Shown: positions 47,117 through 60,169, counted from the first letter of the stretch. The stretch: DNA of 64,000 nucleotides from Anolis carolinensis (GCF_035594765.1 NC_085847.1:5828001-5892000); one strand, 5' to 3'. A program made the numbers and translations. Notes: generated from the letters alone by a model not told the origin.

Positions 47117-47683
47117 TTACAAGGCGATCATGAGGCGGACTTCAGTCTGGTAGAGGTCGGGGACGGGACCCAGCGGGGAGTGGACCATGCGGACGCTGGT
47201 CTTGCCAAAGAGCTTGTGCTCGTACTGGATGAGCTGCTGCCAGAAGCCATTGTTGGGCCGGATGATGGGGCGGCAGGCCTTGACCCAGGCGTGAGCGTCC
47301 GCCAGGGACATGTCGTGGTACTTCATCAGGTAGGCGATGCAGAGGGCGGCCGAGCGGCTGATGCCGGCGGCGCAGTGGACCAGGGTGCGCCCATGGCCCT
47401 GCTCCACGGCGTGGATCTTATCAGCTACGGGGTCAAAGAAGTCATAGATACAGGCGGAGGGGCAGTCGGGGACCGGCACGTGGATGTAGTAGATGTCCGG
47501 GAAGTAGGTGTTGACCACCTCCACCGAGACGTTGATGACCGTGGTGATGCGGTTGGCGTAGAGGAAGTACTTGTTGTTGGCCACCTCGCCATTGCCGAGG
47601 AAGAGGCTGTCAGTCACCCGGGACATACCATAGACGGAGGGGTACTGGACCAGGAGGGGGATAGATCCCAACGTGGCACTCAT
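47117..47683 (-). CDS. DUSP18: Atypical dual-specificity phosphatase 18, 188 aa, single coding exon
   Basis: MSATLGSIPLLVQYPSVYGMSRVTDSLFLG..., catalytic VHCAAGISRS, AYLMKYH and IRPNNGFWQQL. A splice acceptor lies just upstream of the ATG (about 47733). Syntenic between SLC35E4 and OSBP2. Confidence 0.92.
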   Translation of the reverse strand: MSATLGSIPLLVQYPSVYGMSRVTDSLFLGNGEVANNKYFLYANRITTVINVSVEVVNTYFPDIYYIHVPVPDCPSACIYDFFDPVADKIHAVEQGHGRTLVHCAAGISRSAALCIAYLMKYHDMSLADAHAWVKACRPIIRPNNGFWQQLIQYEHKLFGKTSVRMVHSPLGPVPDLYQTEVRLMIAL

Positions 47684-49029
47684 GGAGGCGGGCTTCAGGC
47701 GGCGGCCAGGAAGGGAGGCAGCATGCTGGCCAGCTGAGGCGGGAGGCACAAAGAGAGAGAGGGTGGGCCTTGGCGCAAAGGGCACGGCACCACGCTCTGA
47801 AAGCAACACTCTCAGGAACAACAACAACACTCTCATAGCCTTGTGGGATCATCTCCGAAAAATGATCACACGGCACTGTGAAAGCGCTGCCGCTCCACTT
47901 TTAATCCAACAGCTGCCTCTTGGGGAATGCTGGGTTTGTAGTTGAGCAAGGCCCAAGGCCTCTCTGGCTGAGAGCTTTAGAAAACCTTCCCTAAACTGCA
48001 AATCCCAGCATTCCGCAGCCATCAAAGCTAAAGCGGATCAACAGCATTCTCACAGCATCGTGTGATTATATCCTCAAGAGATCATCACACGACACCATGA
48101 AAGAGCTGTGGTTCCCAGGATCCCATCACCTGGAGCTACGTCAGCTACAATGGAGTCCAAGTGCATTCATTCCAAAGCGCCTTTGCCAGTTGAGCTCCCC
48201 CCCCCCCCCCGATATACCTGTGCAAACTCTATGCCCCAAAGCCGTGGCATTGACCGGAGCCCTCCGTCCTTGCACTCCTTCAGGGAGAATGGCCCTTGGA
48301 CATCATCGGTGGAGTCTTTTGAGAACGTCTGGAAGGAGAAGACACGGATCACTTAGTGTTTGACCATCCTGAGACATTTTGGTGCCTGAGGCAGGGTGGC
48401 AGGGTCTCGCTCGCCAACACATTGGGCAGGAAAAATAAAATAGCATAGGGTTTATATTTTTTGCCTTAGAGGTATATCAATCACCTGGGCTTACAATGGA
48501 TGCTTTTATGGTATAGTTCACTGTGGCTTCTCATGGATGCCAACCCTACCATGGGGTTCTCTGGGGCGGAGAGAGTGTGACTCCCCAAATGTTTATCTGG
48601 TTTACTTGTGTTATATTACTCAGTTGTTTATTATGTATGTCTGGCATTGAATGGCTGCCATTTTTTGTTGAGGGTTGTCCCAAGTCTTCAGTGGGATCCA
48701 AATAAAGTCATTATTAACATGATTATTAAATTCAGGTTTGGGGGGCTGAGCAGAGATCCGAAACCACATCTCCCAAGTCAACAGGGATATTTTTCCACTG
48801 GACAGGGACACATTCCTACCGAAACGCTGGCCACCTCTTTTAGAGACGGGCATTTGGGTGCCATTGCTTCCGTATTCTGCACCCTTGGCGCTCTTCTATG
48901 GGAAGCCAGATAGGGCTTTGCGTGTCCTTGCAAGGGCCTCCAACCCCTGCCAGGTGGGCATTGGAGGGGCACAGCTCTGACGCCTTTGCTAGAGGGCAGC
49001 GGCGGACCCTGGCATGAGTGGGTGAAAGC

Positions 49030-49590
49030 TCACCTTTTTTTGTGTTTTTTTGAATTTTTTTTTTTTTGGCCTTGACACCACCAGAGCTTCACATCCCTCC
49101 ACGGGTCCCTTCTGGGGCGAAATGGGACCTTCCTGTGCCAGGAGCAAAAGAGAGAAGGGTGTCAGGGGGTGGCAACAAACCCTGGCACAACCATTCCCAA
49201 CCGTGACCCTCCAGGTGGACTCCCAACTCCCAAATGAGCGGAGGTCCACACGAGGAGTCTGGGAAGACCCCTGCTCACGAGAAGGTGCCAACCTTGGGAC
49301 AAATGCCACCACGCCAGCCCTGCCATCCCTCCCTCCCACCCTCTGCCCAAGCCTAAGGCGTCCCAGTGCCAGGGGGTCCATAGGAAGCGTGGCAAGGTCC
49401 TCCACCGCCCGGCAGTGCCCCCTTTGTGCCCCTTTGGTGCCCACCCACCCCACGGGGCTCCTGCCCTGGGCTGCCTCCTCCTGCTCTATGGAATGGAGAG
49501 CTGAAGGGAGGAGGGGGTGGCTGTTCTGAGCCCATCGCCCGGGCAACCCCGAGGGCCCCGATCCATTGTGACCCAGGTGGTGCCAGGATG
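49030..49590. promoter_or_regulatory. Probable bidirectional promoter of DUSP18 (-) and the C5orf52 homologue (+)
   Basis: Head-to-head genes. Minus-strand donor AG|GTGAGC at about 49033 fits a DUSP18 5'UTR exon. X-box-like ATCGCCCGGGCAAC at 49534-49547. Confidence 0.5.
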
Positions 49591-51229
49591 AGGAGGAAGG
49601 AGGACGAGGAGGAGGAGAGGAAAGAGGAGAAGGAGGACGGGGGGCCCCTCCCCGGGAGGCACGTCCGCCCCACCGTCACCTCCTTCCAGCCCTCCGGACC
49701 CCAGGAGCTGGTGCTCTACAGGTGGGGGGCCCGCCACACGCTCACTTGAGGACCAGCCGGACGCACCTCTGAGCGCGTGCAGAGTGCTGTCATCTACCAA
49801 ACAGAGCACCTGCCCCCCCATTCTCTTCTACATTTATTTATTTATTTATTTCAATCATTTATACCCCACCCTTCTCACCCAAGGGGACTCAGGGCGGCTT
49901 ACAAGTGGCAATTGATGCCGTTACACTGATATACAATGAACGAAAACGTTAAAACAGTTAAAACAGTCATAAAATACAATATACAAAGTTTAAAGCAATG
50001 CAAAGTGCTTATGCCATTCACCCACCAGACCTTATACAAGAGCCATAATTCATTGCCTTGGTTTGTGAGCCCCTTCCCTCTTGAACCTATATCCCTTCTC
50101 TCTCTATCGGATGGCAAAATATTCATGCCTCTGAGCATGTGCAGAGTATCATCGTCCCCCAAACAGAGTACACCCTCCCCAATTCTCTTGGTTTGTGAGG
50201 GTCCATTATCTTCCCGTCAGAGCAGTACCTATTCATCTACTCACATTTTGCATGTTTTCAAACTGCTAGGTTGGCAGAAGCTGGGGCTAACAGTGGGAGC
50301 TCACCCCACTCCTCAGATTCAAACCGGCGACCTTTCAGTCAGCAAGCTCAACAGCTCAGTGATTTAACTCACTGCACCATCGGGGGCTCCATGTGTAATA
50401 TATAATCTACAATTATTATATTATTCTATTCTATTACTATTATATTATCTCCCCATGTAATGCCTGAATCTCTGGAACCCGCTACCTCTCCTTACCCTCC
50501 AGGGCTTTCTTTTGGACCCCAAGACATTGCCAACGGCCACACCTCTGAGCATGTGCAGAGGGAAAACAGCTTGGTTCCCCCTTGTCTTCCCTGTGGAAGG
50601 GTCTTGGTTGGTGAAACCCAAGGCTCTCGGAGGCTTGCTCGGCCCGTCCTTTTGGCATTGCGGGCCAGTGTGTGTCTGAGCACGCACAGAGTGTTTTCTG
50701 CCTTTCTTTGCAGCTTGTTCCATACGGGCGAGAGTGCCGTCAAGCGCTTCCTGCCCAAGAGCCACCTCTCCAAGGTGATCATCCAGGACAACGCCAGCGT
50801 CCAGCGGGTGCAGGACATTAAGGTGAGGCCTCCCTTTCCGCCAGCCCTGTGCGCCCAAAATAAAACGAATCCAATGATGATAATAATGATGTCTCTGCAA
50901 GGACTCCAGTGCTGAGTGGGTCCTAATGGCGTCTCTTTCCCTTTGTGCCCAAGCTCCAGCACCTGGAGAACAGCAAGCGCAAGGTGGGCAGCATGCTGGA
51001 CCACATGAAGAAGACCTTCCTCCACGACCAGCAGAAGAAGATGGCGCGCTGGCGCAAGGAGTACCAGCACTACCAGCGCATGCTGGAGAAGATCGACCAG
51101 CGGGCCCAGGCCAAGGAGCACCGGCACAGCTTCTCCGCCCCCGAGGCCCCCAAGGCCCCCTTCGGCGAGTGGGAGGAGAAGACCCCCGGAGAGGCCCCGC
51201 CGCCCAAAGAGAAGCCGGCCTCTCTGTAG
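49588..51229 (+). CDS. C5orf52: C5orf52 homologue (uncharacterised protein), about 172 aa, 3 exons
   Basis: Exons 49588-49721, 50714-50822 and 50954-51229. [30 protein letters not shown]...LENSKRKVGSMLDHMKKTFLHDQQKKMARWRKE matches the recalled C5orf52 motif LPKSHLSRVIIHDN...KKKFMTEQLRKLGRWREE. ATTAAA at 51343. Confidence 0.82.
50220..50390 (-). mobile_element. tRNA-derived Sauria-SINE-like 5' fragment
   Basis: Minus strand GGAGCCCCCGATGGTGCAGTGAGTTAAA...GGTTTGAATC shows A-box/B-box-like elements. Confidence 0.65.
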
Positions 51230-51828
51230 AGCCTGGGAGGCCCTCACAAGGCCCGCGGCCTCCCCCCCCCCCCCGCCTTCGGGGCCATTCCTCCCCATTG
51301 AGAGAGCGTGGCTCCTCCCAAGCACCACGTTTGTTTTCCCACATTAAAGCATGTGAGTCTAGTTTGCCATAATTGGAGTCGAGTGTCTCACTGGGACTCG
51401 TATTCCTGCCATTTGGAGCCTTTGGGAACAGAAACACCTCCTCTCCCTGGGTGGTCAGTGTCCTTTCCTACTCGGTTCTCTCATAAGCACATGGAGAAAG
51501 TTCATTCAACGGCCCCAACTTGATCCACGATCCTGCAATTGCGCCGTTGGATATAGTTTCACAATGACCGGGTATCGTGAAGAGTCTCCACCACTTTCAC
51601 ACAGTTTGTGGGCACAAAAACTACACCATTAAACAGGAAATAGTACTTGCAAACTAGGAACACATTATTGTTATTATTATTATTAAATATTCAGAGGCAG
51701 GATGGTCATCTGTCGGGATGTTTTGGTTGCTTTTTGAACCCCAAGATACCTGTACCCAACACTGGAAGGCTACGTCATGTGACAAAGTCAGTAGGTTGCT
51801 GTTTTCTTAAATGGGTGGCTCAGTAGAA

Positions 51829-52149
51829 CAGCAGAGTCTCCCTTATCCAAGCTAAATGGGCCAGCAGAAGCTTGGCTAAGCGAATATCTTGGATAATAAG
51901 GAGAGATTAAAGAAAAGCCTATTAAACATCCAATTAGGTTATGATTTTACAAATTAAGCACCAAAAATCAAACATACCACAAATTTGACAGAAAAAGTAG
52001 TTCAATACACATTAATGTTATGTTGTAATTACTGTATTTATGAATTTAGCACCAAAATATCACGATATATTGAAAACATTGACGACAAAAATGGCTTGGA
52101 TAATCCAGAACGTTGGAAAAGCGAGGCTTGGATAAGTGAGACTCTACTG
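51829..52149. mobile_element. Tigger-like MITE copy
   Basis: TIR ...GGATAAGTGAGACTCTACTG-TA; degenerate left TIR. Confidence 0.85.
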
Positions 52150-52679
52150 TATTTAATGCACGTGATGAAGTGGTACGTCTGTGGTACGTCTCTAGAACCC
52201 CCTCCATTCTCACTGTTCCCATGAAAGGGATTTAGGGGTCTCTGTGGGCTACAAGCCAAACGTGACCCAAGAGTGTGACGCGGCGGCGACAAAGGCCAAT
52301 GCGATTCGATAGGAGTCGAGTGAGGGAAGTCATAACGCCACCACGCCACGCTGGTCAGGCCCTGCTTGGAATCGAGATTCAGCTCCACGGTGCCCGCAGA
52401 AGGTCTGGGCACGGCGGGTGCCGGCAGCGAGGAGGCCTGAGAGCCCTGTTCAGATCCTGGAAGGATGTGGCCCTGAGGGAGGAGCCATCTTCAGAGGCTT
52501 GAGTTGGAAGCAAGACCATGACAAAGAGCCCCAAGAGGGCCGCTGAGGGGAGCTCTCCAGGGCAAGGAAGGCTGGAAATCCCTCTGAGGGAATTCTCCCC
52601 ACACAGCAGGCCATCCAAAAATACCCACATGAAGCAGGCAGCTCCCAGCTAGCAGAAGGTGAAGTGTCCACACCTCGAT

Positions 52680-53010
52680 GTTGTGCTCAGGCGGAGGAGG
52701 GGCGTGTCTTGAGGGAGGCTCCTCCCCTTGATCTGTCTCTTGCTTTGGCTCAGGCTGAGAAGGGGCGTGTCTTTACAGAGGCCCTCCCCTTGATAGACCT
52801 CTTGCTTTGGCTCAGGCTGAGGAGGGGCGTGTTTGTGCAGAGGCCCCGCCCCTTTAATAGACCTCTATGCTGGACTCAGGCTGAGGAGAGGAATGTCTTA
52901 GCGGAAGCCCCTCCCCTTCATAGGTCTCTTGCTTTGGCTCAGACTGAGGAGGGGCGTGTCTTGGCGGAGGCCCCTCCCCTTCATAGATCTCTTGCTTTGG
53001 TTCAGGCTCG
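52680..53010. repeat. About 62-bp GC-box-containing tandem repeat (about 5 copies) directly upstream of the OSBP2 start
   Basis: Unit TGCTTTGGCTCAGGCTGAGGAGGGGCGTGTCTT...GGCCCCTCCCCTT.ATAG..CTCT. Confidence 0.88.
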
Positions 53011-53088
53011 GCGGTGGCCCCGCCCCCCGTGCCTGTCCCCGCCCCCGCGGCCGCTCTGAGGCGCCAGAGGCGGGAGGGAAGGAGCCTT

Positions 53089-56000
53089 ATGGGGAAGGCG
53101 GCGGCGGCGTCGTTGTGTGGCGCCGTCCCCCGCGGGCTGCTCTCGCTGCTGGGCGCCGCGGCTTGCCTGTCGCGCAAGGCCAAGCCCCGGCTGGGCCCGC
53201 TGCCTTCGGCCGGCTCGTCGTCGTCCGCCATGAGCCTGGGGCCTCCCCCTCCGCCGCCGCCCTGCGAGGGCCCGGCCTCCGCCGCCGACACCTACAAGGG
53301 CTGGCTCTTCAAGTGGACCAACTACCTGAAGGGCTACCAGCGCCGCTGGTTCGTCCTCAGCAACGGGCTGCTCAGCTACTACAGGTACCGCAGGGCCCAG
53401 CCGCAGAGCACCATGGGAGTTGTAGTCCGCCCATTGGACAGAGGGACCCTTGCCGCCCTCAGCCACTGCCCTCCTTGGCCTCACCTTCATCTCACTCATC
53501 ATAATAACAATACATCATAATTAATATTATTGTTCTCGCTAATCATCATATATTGCAGATCATCGTTACTGATCTGTTATTCTTCATATTCATGATCATG
53601 AAAATAATAACAATATATCACCCTTATTAATACAGTAGAGTCTCGCTTATCCAACGTAAACGGGCCGGCAGAACGTTGGATAAGCGAATATGTTGGATAA
53701 TAAGGAGAGATTAAGGAAAACCCTATTAAACATTAAATGAGGTTATGATTTTACAAATTAAGCATCAAAACATCATGTTATACAACCGATTTGACAGACA
53801 AAGTAATTCAATACACAGTAATGCTATGTAGTAATTACTGTATTTACGAATTTAGCACCAAAATATCATGATTTATTGAAAACGTTGGCTACAAAAATGT
53901 GTTGGATAATCCAGAACGTTGGATAAGCGAGGTTATGAATAATATTTATGATAATGAGAATTATATCATTATGTTATTAATAACGTATCATAATATTCCT
54001 GATAAGGATAGTAATATATTAATATGGTATTACTAACACATCATCTTTATTAATATGTTGTTATGAATAATATTCATGATCATGAGAATTATATTATTAT
54101 GTTATTAATAACGTATCATAATATTCCTGATAAGGATAGTAATATGATATGTAATCACCCTTATTTATATGTTATTTATAATATTCATGGTGAGAATAAT
54201 ATATTCATTATATTAATACTATATCATGATATACCTGATAATGATACTAACCTATTAATATGTTGTTGAGGATAATATAATAATATGTTATTAATTAGAA
54301 GAAATATGGGCCTTGGCCCTCTCCAAAGGCTGGCAGGGGGCATCCAGTGGGACAAGGGGTCCAAATGTTGGCTTATCAATATTGGCTTCCGTCCCCAAGC
54401 CAGGCCTGGAGACTAGACAAGGCTCCTGAGGGGCTTGGGATGGGAAGGGACGCCATGTGGATGATGGGAACTGCATGAGGAGGGCGGCAGGGGTCTATTT
54501 ATTTCTTGGGTCTTCGATCAGCACTCTGCGTCATGACATGGGCCTTTGCTTTGCCCCCCATTGAGTCCGGATTTGGACTTTTGGTGCCCTCTCAGCTGGG
54601 CCCCAGTGCCACAAAGGAGCTTTGTTGGCGCCACAAAGGGGCATTGGAGGCGGAGGACAGATACAACCCTTCAGCGTCTTGTCTCCGCCGATGCATCTTC
54701 CCCTTGAAATCCCAAGTCTTTGCCTTATTATTATTATTGTTGTTGTTATTATTTGTACCAGGCTTAAGACCCCAAAAGCTGTCAAAGCTGTGCCAATCGC
54801 TTTGCTCCCATTTCCCGAGGACTCTTAATGCAAGGGCTTTTGGTGCCGTGCGATCGTGGCGTCTCGTCCGGAGCCTTCTTTTCCCTTAGCCGAAAGGAGC
54901 GACACTTCGGTTTGGAGTCCAAAGCTGTGGCGTAGACTCTCATCGAAACCCGTGTCGCATTGCCATCGAGTGCCGGTGGGAAGTGGGACTTTTGCGACAA
55001 AGGCCGTGTCAAGGTTGGAGGGGCACGGGCGGGATCTTAGTCTAACCTTTGGGTCTGGATTTGGAGATCTGCATCCCAAATATGCCTTGGCGTGGACTGC
55101 GAGAATGGGACTCTCCTCTTGGCTGCCTTGCTCACAAACTTTCACGCTAAACCTGGACTTGACTTTATGCGTTTCAGGAAAGGCAAACATGGCTTCCAAA
55201 GGTGGTCCTCCCTCCCTGAGAGCATCCATTGAGAAGAAACGCCCGGTTCCGCAGCCAGTCTTTTCCCCACTGGACTCTTTCATTGGCAGGTCGTAACCTT
55301 TCTCAGATGCCGCCCGGTGCCTTTGACTCTAATGGTGGCCTCTAGCTCGAGAGCAAGGCGGGCGCTTCCTCGGAAGACAGGCACGCTGCCATGGCGACAG
55401 GGATGGGGATGGTACGCCCGGGATCCTCCTTCCCAGACGACGCTGGCTTATGTAAGCAAGCCTCCAGTCAGCCAGACGTAACATGGCAAACAAACTTAGC
55501 CCACTTGGGTGCCAGGCTGGCCCGGTTCCCTTGCAGGCGTCGGCAGTTCTCGTCGTGTGAATCCATCCATCCATCCAGGAATTCTTTCCCATCCTCTTTG
55601 CTGGCGGGTGACATGACTGCAGGAAATGCTGCGCCTTGAACCCGGGACCTTTGGCAAGCAAGGGTGCTCTCTCCCCCCAAAAATGCCTTCAGTGTTTTGC
55701 AGAAATATGGGAATGAATGAGGCACAGATTGGGGCAATTTGGCTACGCTTTGCAAGATGTGTCAGCCTCTTGCTTGTTCGCTTTGTGCAAAGGTCAGGCA
55801 GGATTGGAATTCGTGTTGGCGGGCGGTTGCCAGCGATGGAAATAGGTCCTGCTTGAGGAGTTGGCTTGCTGTTGCCTTTCCAAACAGACTTTCAAATGCA
55901 CTTCTTGTAGCCAGACCAAGAAGGGCTCCGTAACCTTTCAGGATCTTTCTGCTGGTAATTGGAATCCATCGCTCTGCGTCTAAGGTTGTACCCACCCCAG

Positions 56001-57892
56001 TGATGCCCAGACTTTCATCTTTTGGGACTCCCAGAAGCCTCCTCTGTTTGGACCAGGGATGAGGAATTATGGGAGATGAAGTCCAAAAACCCCCTGGAAG
56101 AAGATCAGAGTTTGGGAAACACCCATCTACACTACCCAACAAATGCTAATTGACACCACTTGAATCCCCATAACTCAGGGCTACGGACTCAAAGGAGAGA
56201 AGGCTTGGGACCTTGTCAAACTACATCTCTCTGATACATCTGCTTTGTCCCCTAGTCCATTTGTCTCTGGATCTTGTATCCCTTGCGGAACTGGGAAGGG
56301 TGACAGTGTCCTCAATTGACCAGCAATAATCTTTTGCACCCTGGGGTCGACACTGTAAGGATCCTTGTTGATGGTGAGGCGGATGCGGACAGGAATGCCG
56401 CCTTTCCCCCCGAAAAGAAAGCCCCGTTGTTGGACGGCCTGGCAGACAAGACCCGCTTGGACTTCCTTGCAAACAGCTGGCGTTTTCCAACCTCATCCCC
56501 CTTTGTGTTGGGCTTCAGGGGTTACGTAAACACTTGCCTTTTGCAAACAAATACATCCCGATGACAGTTGCTTCCTAATTTCATCTCTCGCTGTCCTCTT
56601 TCGCCTCTTAATCCCAGCAAAGAGGGGGGCTGGGCTTTCTCCCACGCACCACTCCCCCTTGGGATGCCTCTTTCTTCCGCAGAACTGGGCCCCTTTTCCC
56701 CTTCCTCGGCGGCTCCTATTCACTTGCCCTACTTGCAGCTTTGGAAACTGGGGCATCCTTCCCATGATAAACAGAACTGCCTTGGGGCGTTCTTCTCCAG
56801 GAGTGTTCAGTGCCTGAGTCTGTTCTGGCTGCCACGAGAGGAAGTTTAAAGCAGCCTTAGCAAAGAGCCTGACCAAACCAGGCCTAGATGCCGGATGCTT
56901 GGCAGGCCGTTGGAGAGGACGCCAGAGTCTTTATCTCTCTCCAACAGCTGGGTTTGAAACCCCAAAGCAGCCCCAGGAGCCTTGGTTGAAAACGGCAAGC
57001 AGTGCTCTAACCCCTTTGCTCCTGCTAAGCTGCTTCCCAGTTGGCGGGTTGTGAGAAGAGATGGCTGCTTCTCCCTTTGCAAAGAGCAGGATCTTTCAGA
57101 AGGATCTGGAGTGGGCAAGCAGGGCTTCGCGACACAAATCTTGGGTCCAGGCTGAGGGTTTGGTGCTCTCCTTCAGGTTACGGCTGATTTGGGGCTCTCC
57201 TGAGAGAGAAAAGGCAGAATATAAAGGAAATAATANNNNNNNNNNNNNNNNNNNNNNNNNNNNNNNNNNNNNNNNNNNNNNNNNNNNNNNNNNNNNNNNN
57301 NNNNNNNNNNNNNNNNNNNNNNNNNNNNNNNNNNNNNNNNNNNNNNNNNNNNNNNNNNNNNNNNNNNNNNNNNNNNNNNNNNNNNNNNNNNNNNNNNNNN
57401 NNNNNNNNNNNNNNTAAGGTGACCAATTTCCATTTTCAGGGCAGATTGGCTCTCATCACAAAAGAGCTTTGATTACGTGTTGGAGATGCAAATCCTGCCC
57501 GTTCTTCCCCTCGGTCCAGTTGTGCCTGGTTTGAACATACCCCTCCCCCCAAAATCCACAAAGCAGACCTTGGTTTTATGCCATGTTATTGCACCATGAG
57601 TGTTGTATGGATACGGATCGGGGAGGGGTTCTTGGGCCCGTTTCCCCGAAGGCGCTGACGCCCTTTTCGCCTTGCTTTGGCAGGACTCAGGCAGAGATGG
57701 CACACACCTGCCGGGGCACCATCAACCTCTCCACAGCCCACATCGACACGGAGGATGCCTGCAACATCGTGCTGTCGAACGGGGGCCGCACCTACCACCT
57801 GAAGGCCGCCTCGGAGGTGGAGCGCCAGCGCTGGGTGACCGCCCTGGAACTGGCCAAGGCCAAGGCCATCCGCATGCGCCACGACCAGTCAG
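53089..57892 (+). CDS. OSBP2: Oxysterol-binding protein 2 (ORP4), exons 1-2 (PH domain); gene continues beyond the window
   Basis: Exon 1 53089-53384 (MGKAAAAS...[29 protein letters not shown]). Exon 2 57684-57892 ([26 protein letters not shown]...[25 protein letters not shown]). CpG-rich 5' end. Confidence 0.95.
53633..53931. mobile_element. Tigger-like MITE copy, right TIR truncated
   Basis: TA-CAGTAGAGTCTCGCTTATCCAA start; internal sequence shared with the family. Confidence 0.8.
57236..57414. other. Assembly gap (others at 58168-58296 and 62759-62905)
   Basis: Runs of N. Confidence 1.
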
Positions 57893-59699
57893 GTAGAGTC
57901 TGGAGGGGGTTCAAGGCCAGAGCGCCGAGCAGGACCACCTTGGGGATCCGCCACACGGAAGACCCTTCTCAAATAGGCCGCTTCCTTGGCATGGGGTGGT
58001 TACCGGAGGTCTGCAAGGTCTCCCGTAGGAGGGCTGGCACTAAGCACTTGGGGAGGTTTGCATGACACCCGTGTAGAATGGCTTCCCTTCTCACCTGGAA
58101 GCCCCCAAGGAAGCCTTTTTCAGAATGCTCATTGCCTGGCAGACACTGTGCCACCCTTGAGTGGCATNNNNNNNNNNNNNNNNNNNNNNNNNNNNNNNNN
58201 NNNNNNNNNNNNNNNNNNNNNNNNNNNNNNNNNNNNNNNNNNNNNNNNNNNNNNNNNNNNNNNNNNNNNNNNNNNNNNNNNNNNNNNNNNNNNNNNCCAC
58301 CATCTCCCCAAAGGGACTCAGAGCGGTTTCCAAAGCACTCCAGGGTGCAGCATAACATAAAAATGGTCCTAAGGTTACATTTGACCCAAGTGGAATGAAG
58401 CCTTGGTCCCGCTTTGCAAGACTTGGGGTATTAAGTTCTCCTTGGTGCCCAAGTTGGCAGACCTTTGCAGCCTTTGCCGTCGATCCCTGGATCCTTGTCC
58501 TCTGAAGGGGATCCTTTTCCAACTCAACTTCTCCCAGTTGGCCCTTCCCTTTCCAGATTCCCTTTGAGTGGAGCAGTCTGTGCCTTTTTTTGCATCCCCT
58601 TTGGTGGAGCCTTTCCCTCCATTGGTCAGCGCAACGGCTTCCTTTGCCAAGGCGTTTGTGGGCATTCACGTTCCTCCTGTTTCCACCCGCACGCAATGTC
58701 ATAACACGGATTAAGGGGGTGGATAATCCTCCAGGCCATGTTTTGCCCACATCTGGCACTCCAAATGGGTCGCTTTGATGCGTTCCTGCTGATTTCAGAG
58801 GGATACGATGTGGATTAATCAACCGTCAGAGCGGGCACAGCGTCCAAATGCCAGGGAAGGGGCCCAGGGAGGCAGAGGGGTGGGTCATGCCTTACAAATC
58901 CCCCCTTCCAGGCATTAGACAGCAAATGCCACTCATTTGGGGCCAGGGTCACATCAGGTTGCCACTTCCCTACTTTGCCAGCCAGGTTGCGGACGATGGG
59001 AGTTGTAGTGCCAAGCTGGATCCGATGCCCCCTCACTCTCTGCAGGCTCCAGAAGTCCATCTCTGGGCTCGTTTCACAGCCTTTGTCTAATATTGGATAT
59101 ATTTCCTCCTAATGTTGTATCTATTTTGGCCTGTTTGGGAGTGTCCTCACTTTTGTATCCTGCCTCGGTCTCTCGCTGATGCTGTCCTTGCCTTCCAGTG
59201 TCCGGATTCATCCATTGCACTCTCTTTTTCTAATGCCATTAACCGCGTTCGCCTTCACCTTCAGCCTTGCCTTCCTTCATAATAAATGTTGCATGCTGCC
59301 ATCTTGGGTCGTTTCTTTGCTTTCCTTTTCCTTCAAGTCATCTGCCGCCTAAGGATTGGGCGTCCCATCCTCCACAGAGCTGGCAGTCCTCAACTCTTCA
59401 CATTGGGTTCTTCTGGGACCTCATTTGTCCTCCGTTTCCTCCATTAAGACCATATCTACACTGTTGAAATAACCTCGCTTGAGCCACAGCTTGGGGACCA
59501 TTCTTTCCGACTAACAAAAGTTCTTATGGCATGCCATCGTACACACCATCCATCATCCTCATTATCCGTACCAAGTCCACTGCATGATGCCATTGGGGAG
59601 CTGTGACTTTTAGAAAGATCCTTTGCCAGGAGCTGGTGCTGTTAAATTATATATGTTCTATAGACAGAATGGTGTTGCATCAAGGCTTGGGTTGTGTTT

Positions 59700-59840
59700 T
59701 GCAGGGTCAAGCTAAGCAGGGTCAGCTCTGGTTCACCTTTGGATGGGAGACCCACAAGGAATCCCAGGCTCGATTTCAGAGGAAGGTGCCCACAACACCC
59801 GCCTCTTGACTATTCCTTGCCTGAGAAAACTCTAGGAAAT
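59700..59840 (+). mobile_element. 5S rRNA-derived SINE fragment (related fragments on - at about 14715-14745, 14820-14890, 62910-62965 and 63085-63160)
   Basis: AAGCTAAGCAGGGTCAGCTCTGGTT...TTGGATGGGAGACC resembles the 5S internal control region, but it is degenerate and partial. Confidence 0.65.
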
Positions 59841-59846
59841 GAATTA

Positions 59847-60169
59847 CAGTAGAGTCTCGCTTATCCAAGCCTTGCTTATCCAAGTTTCTGGATTATCCAA
59901 GCCATTTTTGTACTCAATGTTTTCAATATATCGTGATATTTTGGTGCTAAATTCGTAAATACAGTAATTACAACATAACATTACTGCGTATTGAACTGCT
60001 TTTTCTGTCAAATTTGTTGTATAACATGATGTTTTGGTGCTTAATTGTTAAAATCATAACCTAATTTGATGTTTAATAGGCTTTTCCTTCATCCCTCCTT
60101 ATTATCCAAGATATTTGCTTATCCAAGCTTCTGCCGGCCTGTTTAGCTTGGATAAGTGAGACTCTACTG
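59847..60169. mobile_element. Tigger-like MITE copy
   Basis: Both TIRs and TA flanks intact. Confidence 0.85.

Noticed and set aside
47090-47737. 215-aa + strand ORF, and the 51-aa N-terminal extension of the DUSP18 ORF
   Set aside because: The + ORF is an antisense shadow. The extension crosses a splice acceptor, and the 188-aa product from ATG 47683 fits DUSP18.
59700-59775. 5S rRNA gene
   Set aside because: Partial, diverged and dispersed in several fragments, which fits a 5S-derived SINE.
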